A stretch of DNA of 64,000 nt from Patescibacteria group bacterium (GCA_041662665.1 JBAZSC010000001.1:449511-513510), one strand, 5' to 3'; shown: positions 46,102 to 57,293, numbered from the stretch's first letter. Notes: generated by a model from the sequence alone, not told the origin. Translations and numbers: made by a program.

Positions 46102-46209
46102 AATTATAAAAAAAGCTGCAACAAAAAATATTACCATTTTTAATTGCCAAAAAAAATGATATACTAAATATATAAAAATTATCTATAAAACAAAATTAAA
46201 TTTTAATTT

Positions 46210-46527
46210 ATGGCATGTTTTGTAGCACCAACTGTTGCAGCAATTATTGCAACTGCAGTTAGAAAAAAAGTTAGTCTAAAATATCATTTCGATTGGCTAT
46301 TATTAATGCTTTGGGGAGGTGTAATTGTTTTAGTTGTAGACCATTTAGCTAGTGGAGAATTAATTTTAAGATTCCCATTTTTGACAAGGAGTTTGTCTGA
46401 TATTGTTCCAGAAATAATAAAAGTCGGAATACCAATGACCATTGCAATCTTTAGTGCATGGATAATAATGGTTTTTCTCTCGTTAAAGATTAAAAAACCT
46501 AAAAACAATTTATTAACTAATCATTAG
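46210..46527 (+). CDS. Hypothetical small membrane protein
   Basis: Three TM helices. 105 aa. Confidence 0.4.
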   Translation: MACFVAPTVAAIIATAVRKKVSLKYHFDWLLLMLWGGVIVLVVDHLASGELILRFPFLTRSLSDIVPEIIKVGIPMTIAIFSAWIIMVFLSLKIKKPKNNLLTNH

Positions 46528-46610
46528 CAAATAATTAGCAGTTACAAAAAATTGAATAAATTTTTTTAACAGCAAATGATTAGCGACTTATTAATTAACA
46601 TAAAAACAAA

Positions 46611-46997
46611 ATGGAAATCTTAGCATCAATCCTAGGGATCATGCTTGCAGCTGCAGCCATTGCCGCAGTCATCAGCGCATTTTTCTTTTGGATTGGAGGT
46701 AAAATCGTCGGTGTAAAAAAAGCAACATTCGGCAGAGCAATTTTAGCAGCTATTGCTGCAGCAGCTGCAACTTGGATGATTTCATGGTTAATGTCATTCA
46801 TTCCAGGTGTTGGCACAGTTTTAGGATTCATTTTAGGTGCAATTATCGTCATTTTCATTATTAAAGCATCATTTGAAATTGACACTTATGGCAAGGCATT
46901 TTTGGTTTGGATTTTCTATTTAATTGCACAAGGAATTGCAATTTTTATCGTTCTTCTTACTTTTGGCGGAGCTTTGATTGACTTATTCAACAAATAA
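46611..46997 (+). CDS. Hypothetical small membrane protein, Ala/Ile-rich
   Basis: 128 aa, four TM helices. Chosen over the antisense ORF 46595..46885. Confidence 0.4.
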   Translation: MEILASILGIMLAAAAIAAVISAFFFWIGGKIVGVKKATFGRAILAAIAAAAATWMISWLMSFIPGVGTVLGFILGAIIVIFIIKASFEIDTYGKAFLVWIFYLIAQGIAIFIVLLTFGGALIDLFNK

Positions 46998-47155
46998 AAG
47001 CTTTCAATTTAAAAAGACTAGTATCATCATATTAGTCTTTTTATTTTGTAAAAATTTAAATTTACTAAAAGCATTGCAAAATTTTAGTAATGTGGTATAA
47101 TAATATACCGTAAATTCTAAGCTAATTATCAGGAAAAATCTATACTTTAAATTTC

Positions 47156-48106
47156 ATGAATTCAAATAAACTTCAGGATAAAACAAAATTTATCAGACGT
47201 AAAATAATCCAATGTTTTTTGGCATTATTTGTCTTGGCAATTAGCTCTTTATTAATTAAAGAGCATTATTTCAATAAAAAAGATATTAATATTACAAAAG
47301 AAGCAGAAGCAAAGTCAGAAGAAATAGTGCCAAAACCTGTACAATTGCCAAAGGAGATTGATCCGACCCAAACAACAAAATCATTAGAGAATTATTTAAC
47401 AAATTTGTCTGGAGAATATGGATATTCTGTCATTGATTTAAAAAGCAACAAAAGTTATGGTTCAAGAGAGAGTAATCAATATTTTATGGCTAGCACTTGC
47501 AAAGTTGCTATTTCAGCCTATTTGTATAGTCAGATAGAATCAGGTAAGATTAATCCAAATACTAAACTTATTTTCCAAAAAAGGTTTTATGAAAATGGTA
47601 CTGGTATTTTGCAGTTTGAAAAACCAGGAAAATCATACAAAATTAGCTATCTAAATGAGTTAATGATTCAAAAAAGCGATAATGTTGCGACAAATATTTT
47701 AATTAATTATTTAGGAGTCTCAAATATTCAGACTTTCTTAAATAATTATAAAATCACAGGAATGAATATTTCAAGCAATACTACAACTCCAAAAGCGATG
47801 TCATCTTTACTGCAAAAAATTTATAAAAATGAGATCATTTCCAAAGAATCAACAGACAAGTTAATTTATTTAATGATTAATTCGATTGATGATGATCGCA
47901 TCGTTGCCGGTGTTCCAGCAAATATCATTGTTGCTCATAAAATTGGCAGTTATGGAAAAACAACTAATGATGTTGGCATAGTTTACTTGAAACATCGACC
48001 ATACGTAATTAGCATCTATTCCAAAAAAACATTAAAACAAGATATTGCCGAAATAGCGATTGCCAAAATTTCGCAAACAATTTTTGAATTTGAAGATTCA
48101 CAATAA
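47156..48106 (+). CDS. Class A beta-lactamase-fold serine hydrolase
   Basis: N-terminal TM/signal. STCK (SxxK), SDN (KSDNVATN) and a KTG-like HKIGSYGKT. Confidence 0.65.
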   Translation: MNSNKLQDKTKFIRRKIIQCFLALFVLAISSLLIKEHYFNKKDINITKEAEAKSEEIVPKPVQLPKEIDPTQTTKSLENYLTNLSGEYGYSVIDLKSNKSYGSRESNQYFMASTCKVAISAYLYSQIESGKINPNTKLIFQKRFYENGTGILQFEKPGKSYKISYLNELMIQKSDNVATNILINYLGVSNIQTFLNNYKITGMNISSNTTTPKAMSSLLQKIYKNEIISKESTDKLIYLMINSIDDDRIVAGVPANIIVAHKIGSYGKTTNDVGIVYLKHRPYVISIYSKKTLKQDIAEIAIAKISQTIFEFEDSQ

Positions 48107-48233
48107 TTATAAATAAAATGAGGTAGCATGTCTGCATTTTCCGCGTTAGCTTCCGCGCAATTCCGCGTAAATATATAATCACAGAAAAACGCATAAATGA
48201 ACGCAGAAAACACAAAATAATATCTCAACATAA

Positions 48234-49475
48234 ATGAAAATACAATACGATTTAATAGTAATTGGTGCAGGTCCAGCTGGAATCATAGCTGCTGGCAGAG
48301 CAGGCGAGAGAGGTCTTTCCGTACTTTTGATTGAAAAAAATCCAAGAATTGGCGCAAAATTATTATTAACAGGCAAAGGCAGATGCAACATTACTCATCA
48401 AGAAGATGATCCAAAAAATTTCATCAACCAATTTGGCAAAAACGGAAAATTTTTATACAAAGCTTTAAATAATTTTAGCATTCAAGATACATTAAATTTC
48501 TTTCATAAATTAGGTATTAAAACAAATGTTGAGCGAGGCAATCGAGTTTTTCCATCAACTGGTTCAGCATTAAACGTTGTTATGGCATTAGAAAGATATT
48601 TGATCAGAAACAAAGTTCAATTATCAGCAGACACTAGAGTTTTAAAAATTGTTAAAGAAGGCAACAGAATAATTAAAATCAAAACATCAAAAGGCGATTT
48701 TATAGCCAAAAATTATTTATTAACAACTGGCGGAAAATCATATCCAGAAACAGGCGCAACAGGCGATGGCTTTGAATTTGCAAAAGAATTAGGGCATAAT
48801 ATAATTCCTCCAAAGCCAGCATTAACTCCAATTCTAGTTAAGGAACAATTGATTAAAGATCTGCAAGGTCTGAATTTAGAAAATGTTAATATCAGTGTTT
48901 ACCAAAATAACAAAAAGCAGGATGAAAGATTTGGTGAAGCGTTATTTACTCATGAAGGAATGAGCGGACCAATCATTTTAGACATGAGTAAAAAAATTGG
49001 AGAGTTGCTAAAAAATGGACAAGTTGTTTTGCAAATAGATTTTAAACCAGCACTAGATTTTCCAAAATTAGATTTAAGAATTCAAAGAGATTTCAAAGAA
49101 TTCCATAATAAAGAATTTAAAAATAGCTTAAATAAACTTTTACCGCAAAAATTGATTCCAGTAATTGTTAAATTATCCAATATCAATCCAGATAAAAAAG
49201 TAAATTCAATTACCAAAGAAGAAAGAAAAACCTTGATTCATTTATTAAAAGAATTTAAACTAGAAGTTCAGGGGCTAACTGGTTTCAAAAAAGCAATTGT
49301 AACTTCAGGCGGAATAGATTTGAAGGAAATTGATCCAAAGACAATGAAATCAAAAATTATTAATAATTTATATTTTGCAGGTGAAATCCTAGATTTAGAT
49401 GGACCAACTGGCGGATATAATTTGCAAGTTTGCTGGAGTACTGGATATTTGGCTGGAGAAAACGTTACTAAATAA
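48234..49475 (+). CDS. HI0933-family FAD-dependent flavoprotein (TIGR00275)
   Basis: [16 protein letters not shown] dinucleotide fold. GKGRCNITH motif. Confidence 0.75.
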   Translation: MKIQYDLIVIGAGPAGIIAAGRAGERGLSVLLIEKNPRIGAKLLLTGKGRCNITHQEDDPKNFINQFGKNGKFLYKALNNFSIQDTLNFFHKLGIKTNVERGNRVFPSTGSALNVVMALERYLIRNKVQLSADTRVLKIVKEGNRIIKIKTSKGDFIAKNYLLTTGGKSYPETGATGDGFEFAKELGHNIIPPKPALTPILVKEQLIKDLQGLNLENVNISVYQNNKKQDERFGEALFTHEGMSGPIILDMSKKIGELLKNGQVVLQIDFKPALDFPKLDLRIQRDFKEFHNKEFKNSLNKLLPQKLIPVIVKLSNINPDKKVNSITKEERKTLIHLLKEFKLEVQGLTGFKKAIVTSGGIDLKEIDPKTMKSKIINNLYFAGEILDLDGPTGGYNLQVCWSTGYLAGENVTK

Positions 49476-49753
49476 AAAAACGGTATGAACCGTTTAGTAA
49501 TGAGCAAAAAATATTCTTTAAAAGTTTAGTGGAGAAAAAGATTAAGGCAAAGGAAATCCAAGAACAAAATGGCCAAAAGCAATGTAACCTGCACAGAACA
49601 AAAAGCATAAAAACATTAATTTTAAAAAAGCCTGCCAATCGACATAATCAATATTCCATGAGACTGTCCATTTGCGCATCCGTCTTCTCCTTTTCTAGAA
49701 TGAGCTAAACTAATCATAATCTTACCTAATAATTTGTCAATTAATTAAATCTA

Positions 49754-50308
49754 ATGAAAAAAAGTTACATCGCAATCGCAGTCGTTATCATCGCAATTAT
49801 TTTAATTTTTATTTTTACAAAAATGAACAACAAAACAACAACAAACGAAAATCAAAATCAAGAAAATACAAATCAAACAGAAGTTGCTAAAAATGAGAAT
49901 GCTAATGTAAATGCAAGCGTTAACGAGCCAAAAAAAGCTAATGAAGCTAACGAAGTTGGAGATGCAAAATTAGGAGATGCTAATGGTCTTAAATCTGAAA
50001 TTTTGAAACCAGGAACAGGTGATAAGCAAGTCAAGAATGGTGATCTTGTTTCAGTTCATTACAAAGGAACATTAGAAAACGGCAAAGAATTTGATTCAAG
50101 TTACAAATATAATCAGCCATTTGAATTTACAGTTGGAGCAGGCGAAGTTATTAAAGGTTGGGATTTGGGTTTAGTTGGCATGAAAATTGGAGAAAAAAGA
50201 AAATTAACAATTCCATCAGAATTAGGCTATGGCGAAAGAGGTGCAGGTACTGTTATACCTGGCAATGCAACTTTAATTTTTGAAATAGAATTATTAGAGA
50301 TAAAATAA
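49754..50308 (+). CDS. FKBP-type peptidyl-prolyl cis-trans isomerase (signal-anchored)
   Basis: VHYKGTLENGKEFDSSY...GAGEVIKGWDLGLVGMKIGEKRKLTIP...IFEIELL. Confidence 0.85.
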   Translation: MKKSYIAIAVVIIAIILIFIFTKMNNKTTTNENQNQENTNQTEVAKNENANVNASVNEPKKANEANEVGDAKLGDANGLKSEILKPGTGDKQVKNGDLVSVHYKGTLENGKEFDSSYKYNQPFEFTVGAGEVIKGWDLGLVGMKIGEKRKLTIPSELGYGERGAGTVIPGNATLIFEIELLEIK

Positions 50309-50445
50309 TATCAGATTTGACACAAAGATAATAATTTAGTATACTAAATCTACGAAATTCTACTGAATTTTCAGTAGAATTTTTGTTTTAAGCTTCCGCA
50401 TTTTCTGCGTAAGCTTCTGCGTTTTTCCGCGTAAAAATAATTCTT

Positions 50446-52251
50446 ATGATAAACATTAGAAATATCGCAATCATCGCTCACGTTGATCATGGCAAAACTA
50501 CTTTAGTTGATGCGCTTTTGAAGCAATCAAAAACACACATGAAAAAAGAGGTTTCTGAAAAAACCTGCATTATGGATAGTAACGAATTAGAGCGTGAAAG
50601 AGGAATTACAATTTTCTCCAAAAATGCTTCAGTAATTTATAAAGGAACAAAAATTAATATTATTGATACTCCAGGTCACGCTGATTTTGGAGGTGAGGTG
50701 GAAAGAGTATTAAAAATGGCTGATGGCTGTTTGCTTTTGGTTGATGCCAAAGAAGGTCCAATGCCTCAAACAAGATTTGTTTTGAAAAAAGCATTAGAAA
50801 TGAAACACAAAATTATTGTTGTTATCAATAAAATAGACAAGCCATTTGCAAGACCTCAATATGTTTTAGACAAGACTTTTGAATTATTCTTAGAATTAGG
50901 CGCTGATGATGAATCAGCTGATTTTCCAGTTATTTATGCATCAGCAAAACAAGGAAAAGCTGGCACAACTCCTGAATTAGAAAAAATGACTGATATCACT
51001 CCATTGTTTGATTCAGTTTTAGAAAATATCAAAGCTCCAACTGGAAGTGATAGCGAGCCATTGCAAATGTTAGTTACTTCAGTTAGTGAAGACAATTTTA
51101 AAGGCAGAATTGCAATCGGCAGAATTTACAATGGCCAAATTAAAAATAAGCAAGAAGTTATTCAAATCAATCGCGAAGGCAAACACATCAAAGCTTGGTT
51201 AACAGCATTGATGACTTTTGATGGTTTAGAGCGATGCGAAGTTGATCAAGTTGGTTGTGGAGATATTGTCGCAATTTCTGGAATTCCAGAAGTTAAAATT
51301 GGCGAGACAATCGCTGATCCAGCAAATCCAAAAGCATTGCCATTATTGAGTATTGAAGAGCCAACTATAAAAATGACTTTCAGTATTAATGATTCTCCAT
51401 TTGCAGGAAATGAAGGTAAATTTACAACTTCAAGACAAATTGCTGAAAGATTACACAAAGAATTAAAAACTGATATGGCTCTAAAAGTTTTAGATACTGC
51501 CGAAGGAACTTGGATTGTTTCAGGACGCGGTGAATTGCATTTGGCAATTTTAATCGAAAGAATGAGACGTGAAGGATTTGAATTCCAAGTCTCTCGTCCT
51601 CAAGTAATTTACAAAGAAGTCGATGGACAAAGAATGGCTCCTTATGAGAGAATTTTTATTGAAGCTCCTGAAAAATATCAAGGCATAATTATTCAAAAAT
51701 TAGGCAGTCGCCATGCCGAATTAGTTGATATGAGAATTGACAGCGGAATCGTTTATTTAGAATTTACAATTCCAACAAAAGGCTTGTTCGGTTATCGCAG
51801 TCAATTTAAAACAGATACTCATGGCTTAGGCATTATGAATGCAAGTTTTTACAAATATCAGCCAGATAATTTTGTATGGAAAGAAAGAGATCAAGGATCT
51901 TTAATCTCAAATGAAAAAGGCAAAACTTGTCATTATGGTTTAACAAACGTTCAAGATCGCGGTGTCATGTTTTTCCATCCTGGTATTGATGTTTACGAAG
52001 GCCAAGTTGTTGGTCAGCATTCTAGATCAAATGATTTAGTTGTTAATGTTTGCAAAGAAAAAAAATTATCAAATATGCGTTCAAAAGGCGAAGGTGTTGC
52101 TGTCCATTTTAATGCTCCAAAAGTAATGGATCTAGAAGACGCATTAGAATATATTGCTGATGATGAATTAGTCGAAGTTACTCCTTTAAATATCAGAATC
52201 AGAAAGAAATATTTATCAGAAAATGACAGAAGAAAACACACACGTAAATAA
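50446..52251 (+). CDS. typA: Translational GTPase TypA/BipA
   Basis: IRNIAIIAHVDHGKTTL, DTPGHADF and NKID. 601 aa with the BipA C-terminal domain. Confidence 0.9.
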   Translation: MINIRNIAIIAHVDHGKTTLVDALLKQSKTHMKKEVSEKTCIMDSNELERERGITIFSKNASVIYKGTKINIIDTPGHADFGGEVERVLKMADGCLLLVDAKEGPMPQTRFVLKKALEMKHKIIVVINKIDKPFARPQYVLDKTFELFLELGADDESADFPVIYASAKQGKAGTTPELEKMTDITPLFDSVLENIKAPTGSDSEPLQMLVTSVSEDNFKGRIAIGRIYNGQIKNKQEVIQINREGKHIKAWLTALMTFDGLERCEVDQVGCGDIVAISGIPEVKIGETIADPANPKALPLLSIEEPTIKMTFSINDSPFAGNEGKFTTSRQIAERLHKELKTDMALKVLDTAEGTWIVSGRGELHLAILIERMRREGFEFQVSRPQVIYKEVDGQRMAPYERIFIEAPEKYQGIIIQKLGSRHAELVDMRIDSGIVYLEFTIPTKGLFGYRSQFKTDTHGLGIMNASFYKYQPDNFVWKERDQGSLISNEKGKTCHYGLTNVQDRGVMFFHPGIDVYEGQVVGQHSRSNDLVVNVCKEKKLSNMRSKGEGVAVHFNAPKVMDLEDALEYIADDELVEVTPLNIRIRKKYLSENDRRKHTRK

Positions 52252-52517
52252 TAACCGCTAATTTCTAATTTCTAATTTTAAATTTCTAATTTTCATTAAA
52301 TTTTCAATATTTAATTTCTAAACACTACGAAAAGCAAATGAAAATTTAAGCATTAGATATTTAATAGAAATTAGTAATTAGAAATTGAAAATTCGTCAGT
52401 TCAGAAAATCTATTTACTTTTTTAAATAATAGTATATACTATATTTAAGCTTACAAGTTGTCTTAAACAACTTGAGGTCGAGTAGGCGGTTATATTAAAT
52501 TTTAATTACAAAAAACG

Positions 52518-52835
52518 ATGTTTAATAACGATAACGGCGCTCCAAGACAAATGGTACAAGGTAACTGGACATGTTCAGATTGTGGTAAAGAAATCACAGA
52601 ATTACCTTTTCAACCATCAGGAGACAGACCAGTACATTGCAAAGAATGTTGGGCAAAAAAAAGATCAGAAAATAGATCAAGTTTTCAAGACAGAGCACCA
52701 AGACAAATGGTGCAAGGAAATTGGGCTTGCTCAGAATGTGGCAAACCAATAACAGAATTACCTTTTGAACCAAAAGGTGATCGCCCAGTATTATGCAAAG
52801 ATTGCTGGAGAGCAAAAAGACCAGCAAGATTCTAA
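52518..52835 (+). CDS. Tandem-duplicated CxxC-x17-CxxC zinc-ribbon protein
   Basis: Two ~50-aa repeats APRQMVQGNW.CS.CGK.ITELPF.P.GDRPV.CK.CW. Own hairpin leader. Terminator gaccgc-ugua-gcgguuuuauu at ~52900-52925. Confidence 0.55.
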   Translation: MFNNDNGAPRQMVQGNWTCSDCGKEITELPFQPSGDRPVHCKECWAKKRSENRSSFQDRAPRQMVQGNWACSECGKPITELPFEPKGDRPVLCKDCWRAKRPARF

Positions 52836-52941
52836 TTAGATTCTTAAAAAGTCTTTCTTAGTCAGCCGTAGTGCTTTGCACGAAGGCTGATGATAAATAA
52901 GACCGCTGTAAAAGGCGGTTTTATTGTGCAAAAATATTTTC

Positions 52942-52969
52942 TTGATTTAAATATTTATAGTGCTATACT
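52942..52969 (+). promoter_or_regulatory. Sigma70-like promoter TTGATT-N16-TATACT for small gene A
   Basis: Followed by 5'-UTR hairpin acuggc-aacaa-gccagu and AAGGAGG. Confidence 0.4.
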
Positions 52970-53017
52970 AAACAAACTGGCAACAAGCCAGTTCACGCGA
53001 CAAAGGAGGAAAGAAAA

Positions 53018-53383
53018 ATGGGACCAGGTGAAAAGCCGATCCATTTGCACGTTGCTGAATTAATCCGAGTTTGTGCCTGCAGATGCTCCAATTTAGCAGA
53101 AATTCCTGCCGAAGAAAAAATCCACTTGCCTCGAATTTTGCGACTGCTATGTTCAATCCTTGAAAATTCAAAGCTAAGTGAGATTGAAATACCAGAAATT
53201 GAGCATGAATTAGAAGGAGTAATCGGCATATACTGCAGAAAAGATGAGAGAATTAATCCTAATGATGAAGCAAATGTAAATGAAATCAGATTCGATGATT
53301 TTGATGCCCAAACGAGAATAACATTGTTAAGTCTAAAATTAGAACTGGAAAGAAAGCGTCAAGAATCAAAGAAATCAAGTTAG
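53018..53383 (+). CDS. Small-protein family member A, 121 aa
   Basis: Shares the RLLCSILE...EIEHELEGV core with B and D. Own terminator at 53396-53417. Confidence 0.55.
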   Translation: MGPGEKPIHLHVAELIRVCACRCSNLAEIPAEEKIHLPRILRLLCSILENSKLSEIEIPEIEHELEGVIGIYCRKDERINPNDEANVNEIRFDDFDAQTRITLLSLKLELERKRQESKKSS

Positions 53384-53748
53384 CTGTACCTTTTTATGAG
53401 CATTTGCTCATTTTTTTATCCACAATTATATTATCTTTACATTAAAAATCATGTTGTTATACTTAAGCATACATAATTTTCAATTACAAAACATTAATTT
53501 AGCATCCGAATAATCCGCATGTAATCCGTAAGACTCCGTGAGAATCTATTGACAAAAGGTAGGGTATCTGCTATACTAATATATTAATTTTTAACAAGGC
53601 AAAGACCATAATACAATGATGCAAAACGATGATGTCCCTCTTCCTGAGGAAAATTATCAAGTAAGCAAAACAATCATAAATTTAATAACTACTAACAGAA
53701 GTCACTAGTTTTTTGGGCTTCTTTTTTAATTTACAAAATAATTTATAT

Positions 53749-56241
53749 ATGAAAAAAAACAATTCTTTAGAAGGCAAAACAATTCTCTTAGTCAATACTG
53801 GCACATCCAAGAAAAAATTTATCATCCAAAGATTAAAAAAACTTGGCTTGAATATTGTTGTTTTACATAAAGAAAAAAACTGGGCAAAAGATTATGTCAA
53901 AGATTGGATTATTGCCGATACATATAATCATACCGAATCATTATCAAGAGTTCGAGAATATATTGAAAATCATCCAAAAAGAAAAATTGATGGTGTTATT
54001 ACTTTCTGGGAAGATGATATTTTGTTAACTTCAAAAATTGTTGATCGATTCAATTTTATTGGCATTCCTTATGACATTGCTCGTCAATGCCGTAACAAAT
54101 ATTTATTCCGCCAATTCTGTGAAAAAAATGGCATCAAAGCTCCAAGACATAGAATTGTTCATACAAAAAAAGATTTAATCAAAGTTGCCAAAGATTTTAA
54201 ATTTCCATTAGTTATAAAACCAGCTTTTGGTTCTTCTAGTGCTTATGTTGTCAAAGTTCACAATATGGAAGAATTAGCTGAAACATTTAATTATGTTAAA
54301 AAGAATATTTCTACAGATTCAGAATCAGCTTTGACTGATGGTTTTGAAATTTTCGTTGAAGAATATTTAGATGGCGATGAAGTTGATATTGATATTTTAA
54401 TGCAAAATGGCAAAGCTAAATTTCATTCAATTTCTGATAATTATAATAAAAGCCATAATCAATTTTTCGTTGATAGTGGACAAGCTATTCCTTCCAGTTT
54501 GCCAGCAGAAAATCAGGAAGAATTATTAGACTTAGCTGAAGAAACATTAGAAAAATTTGGCATTCAAAATGGCTGTATTCACTTTGAAGCAAAATCTACT
54601 CCAAAAGGAGCTTATCCAATTGAATTGAATTTGCGTATGGGTGGAGATTATGTTTATTCTTATACTAAATCAGCTTGGAATATAGATTTGATTGAAAATT
54701 CTGTCAAAATCGCAACTGGTGAATTTATAAAAATTAAACAAAAAGAAACACCAGATAAATATCTAATTGGTTGGGATTTGCATCCTGATCAATCAGGCAT
54801 GCTAGTTGAATTAGACATTGATGAAGAATTAAAAAATAAAAAATGTTTAGAAGATCTTAATTTATATAAAGAAATAGGTGATCCAATTTTGATTCCTCCA
54901 GAAGGTTATGAAAGAATTGGCTGGCTTACTGTTTCTGGTGAAAATCCATTAGACGCTCAAGATAATTTAAAAGATGTTTTAAAGCACATCAATTTTCGAG
55001 TTACCAAATTTGATAATGAATCATCTTTAGGCAAGACATCTCGTCTTAATAGTTTATCAGCTGCAGTATTCAATAAAAACTTATTATTAAGCGCTGCAAA
55101 ATTCGCCAAAGTCAGACGCATTGATAAAAAAGACCAGCGTAATCTGCATATTGGCATAGTTGGCAATGCAGTTGATTATTCAGTTTCAAATACTTTTAAA
55201 ACTGAATCAATTGGTCAAGCAATGGTCAAAACTTTGCGCAATCGCGGTTATCAAGTTACTTTTTTTGACTTCAATAATTTAACAAAAGCGTTTAACGAAT
55301 TAAAGCACAGCGATATTGATCTAGCCATAAATATTTGTGATCGTTTAAATAATTCTGAAAAAGCGCAAGCAGAAGCTGCTGCAATTCTTGAATCATTGCA
55401 AATTCCTTATGTCGGTTCTGATTATTTTACGCTTGCTTTATGCCAAGACAAAATCAAAGTTAAAAAATTATTAAGTTATCACAACACACCAACACCAGCT
55501 TGGGATTATGCTTATGAATTAGATGAAGAAATTAATCCAGATTTAAAATATCCATTAATTGTCAAGCCAGGAAATGCAGACAGCGCTATTGGCATTACAA
55601 ATGATTCAGTTGTTAAGAATAAAAAAGAATTAAAACGACAATTGAAAAAAATTATCGGCGAACTTGGCATGCCAGCTTTGGTTGAAGAATATATTGAAGG
55701 CGATGAATATGATGTTTCAATTTTAGGAACAGAAATAGAAGACATTAAAGTTTTACCTTTAGCTCGTTCTAGTTTCAAAAAACTTCCAAAAGATTATTGG
55801 CACATTTATACTTATGACGCAAAGCATCAAAAAAATCATCCAATTTACAAAAAAATTAGAGTTGAACGTCCAGCCAAAAATTTAAGCAAAAAATTAGAAG
55901 CTTTAGTAACAGAAATTGCAATTGATGCTTATGCAATTCTTGATTGTCGCGATTATGGTCGCGTAGAAATCAGAGTTGATTCAGATGGCAATCCATATGT
56001 TTTGGAATTAAATCCAAATACATCAATTGGTAATATTGACTTTTTGCCTCAAGCAGCAAAATTAATGGGTCTTGAATATGCGGACTTTTTAGAAGAAATA
56101 ATTAATCTAGCAATCACTAGATATAAATCTCAAAAAACTCCAGTGCCATTTGCTAATGGACATGCTAAAAAGAATAATGTCCTAAGGCAAACTGCAAAAA
56201 TCAAAAATATTTCGCCAGAAGCAATAGCTGTTCAGCAATAA
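53749..56241 (+). CDS. Tandem double ATP-grasp ligase, ~830 aa. N-terminal ATP-grasp_4-like module plus a C-terminal D-Ala-D-Ala-ligase/RimK-like module.
   Basis: Module 1 has PLVIKPAFGSSSAYVVKV...EEYLDGDEVDIDIL...IELNLRMGGD. Module 2 has YPLIVKPGNADSAIGI...EEYIEGDEYDVSILG...RVEIRVDSDGNPYVLELNPNTS. First ATG is at 53749; the track ORF starts at TTG 53713. Confidence 0.7.
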   Translation: MKKNNSLEGKTILLVNTGTSKKKFIIQRLKKLGLNIVVLHKEKNWAKDYVKDWIIADTYNHTESLSRVREYIENHPKRKIDGVITFWEDDILLTSKIVDRFNFIGIPYDIARQCRNKYLFRQFCEKNGIKAPRHRIVHTKKDLIKVAKDFKFPLVIKPAFGSSSAYVVKVHNMEELAETFNYVKKNISTDSESALTDGFEIFVEEYLDGDEVDIDILMQNGKAKFHSISDNYNKSHNQFFVDSGQAIPSSLPAENQEELLDLAEETLEKFGIQNGCIHFEAKSTPKGAYPIELNLRMGGDYVYSYTKSAWNIDLIENSVKIATGEFIKIKQKETPDKYLIGWDLHPDQSGMLVELDIDEELKNKKCLEDLNLYKEIGDPILIPPEGYERIGWLTVSGENPLDAQDNLKDVLKHINFRVTKFDNESSLGKTSRLNSLSAAVFNKNLLLSAAKFAKVRRIDKKDQRNLHIGIVGNAVDYSVSNTFKTESIGQAMVKTLRNRGYQVTFFDFNNLTKAFNELKHSDIDLAINICDRLNNSEKAQAEAAAILESLQIPYVGSDYFTLALCQDKIKVKKLLSYHNTPTPAWDYAYELDEEINPDLKYPLIVKPGNADSAIGITNDSVVKNKKELKRQLKKIIGELGMPALVEEYIEGDEYDVSILGTEIEDIKVLPLARSSFKKLPKDYWHIYTYDAKHQKNHPIYKKIRVERPAKNLSKKLEALVTEIAIDAYAILDCRDYGRVEIRVDSDGNPYVLELNPNTSIGNIDFLPQAAKLMGLEYADFLEEIINLAITRYKSQKTPVPFANGHAKKNNVLRQTAKIKNISPEAIAVQQ

Positions 56242-56255
56242 AATATAATAAAATA

Positions 56256-56282
56256 AATCCTCGCTCATGCGGGGATTTTTGT
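56256..56282 (+). terminator. Terminator of the ATP-grasp gene (aauccucgc-ucau-gcggggauuuuu)
   Basis: GC stem plus U-tract 15 nt after the stop. Followed by promoter TTGACT...TATGCT for gene B. Confidence 0.55.
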
Positions 56283-56364
56283 TGACTTTTTTAAATTAAA
56301 ATAGTATGCTCTAACACGTAACCAACTCAACCAGAGTTGGTCGCTCATTCAGGAGGAGAGAACA

Positions 56365-56715
56365 ATGGCTGAAGAAAGAGAAAGATTTGATCAATTGATT
56401 TGTAAGGCAATCAAAGATTCATTCCGTAAAGTATTTTTTAGTAATGAAGTCAGTGAAGAAAGAGTTGAGATTGCGCGTCAAACTTTAAGGGACCTATGCG
56501 AAATGCTGGAGACTGCAGCTTACAAGAAAGAGCACATTCAAGAAACTGTTGATTTCTTAAAGCATATCAGTTACGATCCTTATCGTCACGATGATTGGGC
56601 AAGAAGATGTTTGGATAGTTGTATTTATCGACTAAAGGCAAGAGTAAATGCTCCTGAAGAAAGCAAGGTGTTGCAACCAAACGATTTTCCAAAAGACAAG
56701 CCAGGAGATGAATAG
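56365..56715 (+). CDS. Small-protein family member B, 116 aa
   Basis: MAEERERFDQLICK...LRDLCEMLE...KEHIQETV...LDSCIYRLKARVNAPEE. RBS AGGAGG. Confidence 0.6.
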   Translation: MAEERERFDQLICKAIKDSFRKVFFSNEVSEERVEIARQTLRDLCEMLETAAYKKEHIQETVDFLKHISYDPYRHDDWARRCLDSCIYRLKARVNAPEESKVLQPNDFPKDKPGDE

Positions 56716-56731
56716 CTGAACCTTCTTATTT

Positions 56732-56757
56732 AGTGAGTTACCCTCACTTTTTTTTTA
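56732..56757 (+). terminator. Conserved cassette terminator uagugaguuacccucacu + U9 (copy 1 of 3)
   Basis: Near-identical copies at 57166-57188 and 57709-57732, each directly after a family member. Confidence 0.7.
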
Positions 56758-56820
56758 CATTTTTTAGAATTTAGTATAATCTAATTAGTTGTTGCTCTGG
56801 CAGAACAGACAGGAGGAAAC

Positions 56821-57138
56821 ATGCCGAACCCAAAGTTGTTTCGAGAAAATGTGCTTGCAAATATTGACGCCTGCTGTCAAAAAGGTTTTTCTTTATCGCT
56901 TGCAAGACCAGATGATAAAAGTTATCTATCAATTCGCCTTGATTATCTGATTGCGCAATGTGAATTACTCGAAGGGTCAGCAATGAATGCAGATGAAATG
57001 AAATCAACAATCCATGCATTGTTGCAAGCTAGCATCAAAATTGTCATCGATTCAGGTTCTCGTAGTTTTGGTATTTTGGGATGTAGAATCATTGAAAGCT
57101 GCATTTATCGTCTTCAAAACAGATTGGCAACTTTGTAA
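56821..57138 (+). CDS. Small-protein family member C, 105 aa
   Basis: MPNPKLFRENV...LDYLIAQCELLEG...IIESCIYRLQNRLATL. RBS AGGAGG. Confidence 0.6.
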   Translation: MPNPKLFRENVLANIDACCQKGFSLSLARPDDKSYLSIRLDYLIAQCELLEGSAMNADEMKSTIHALLQASIKIVIDSGSRSFGILGCRIIESCIYRLQNRLATL

Positions 57139-57165
57139 AATATAATCAGTAGGCGATCTTTTTCA

Positions 57166-57188
57166 TAGTGAGTTACCCTCACTTTTTT
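57166..57188 (+). terminator. Conserved cassette terminator (copy 2)
   Basis: uagugaguuacccucacuuuuuua. Confidence 0.7.
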
Positions 57189-57293
57189 ATTTGCTCAAAA
57201 AAATAATTTCTCTTTACTTTAAGCAAAGAAATGCTATCTTAGAGCTAGCTGGCTCGCAGACAAGAGCCATGTACTTTGGAAGAGGAGGAGCAA

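Noticed and set aside
48009-48391. ORFs 48009..48215(-), 48016..48231(-) and 48179..48391(-)
   Set aside because: They span the intergenic TTCCGCG-word region and gene ends. No RBS and no conservation signal.
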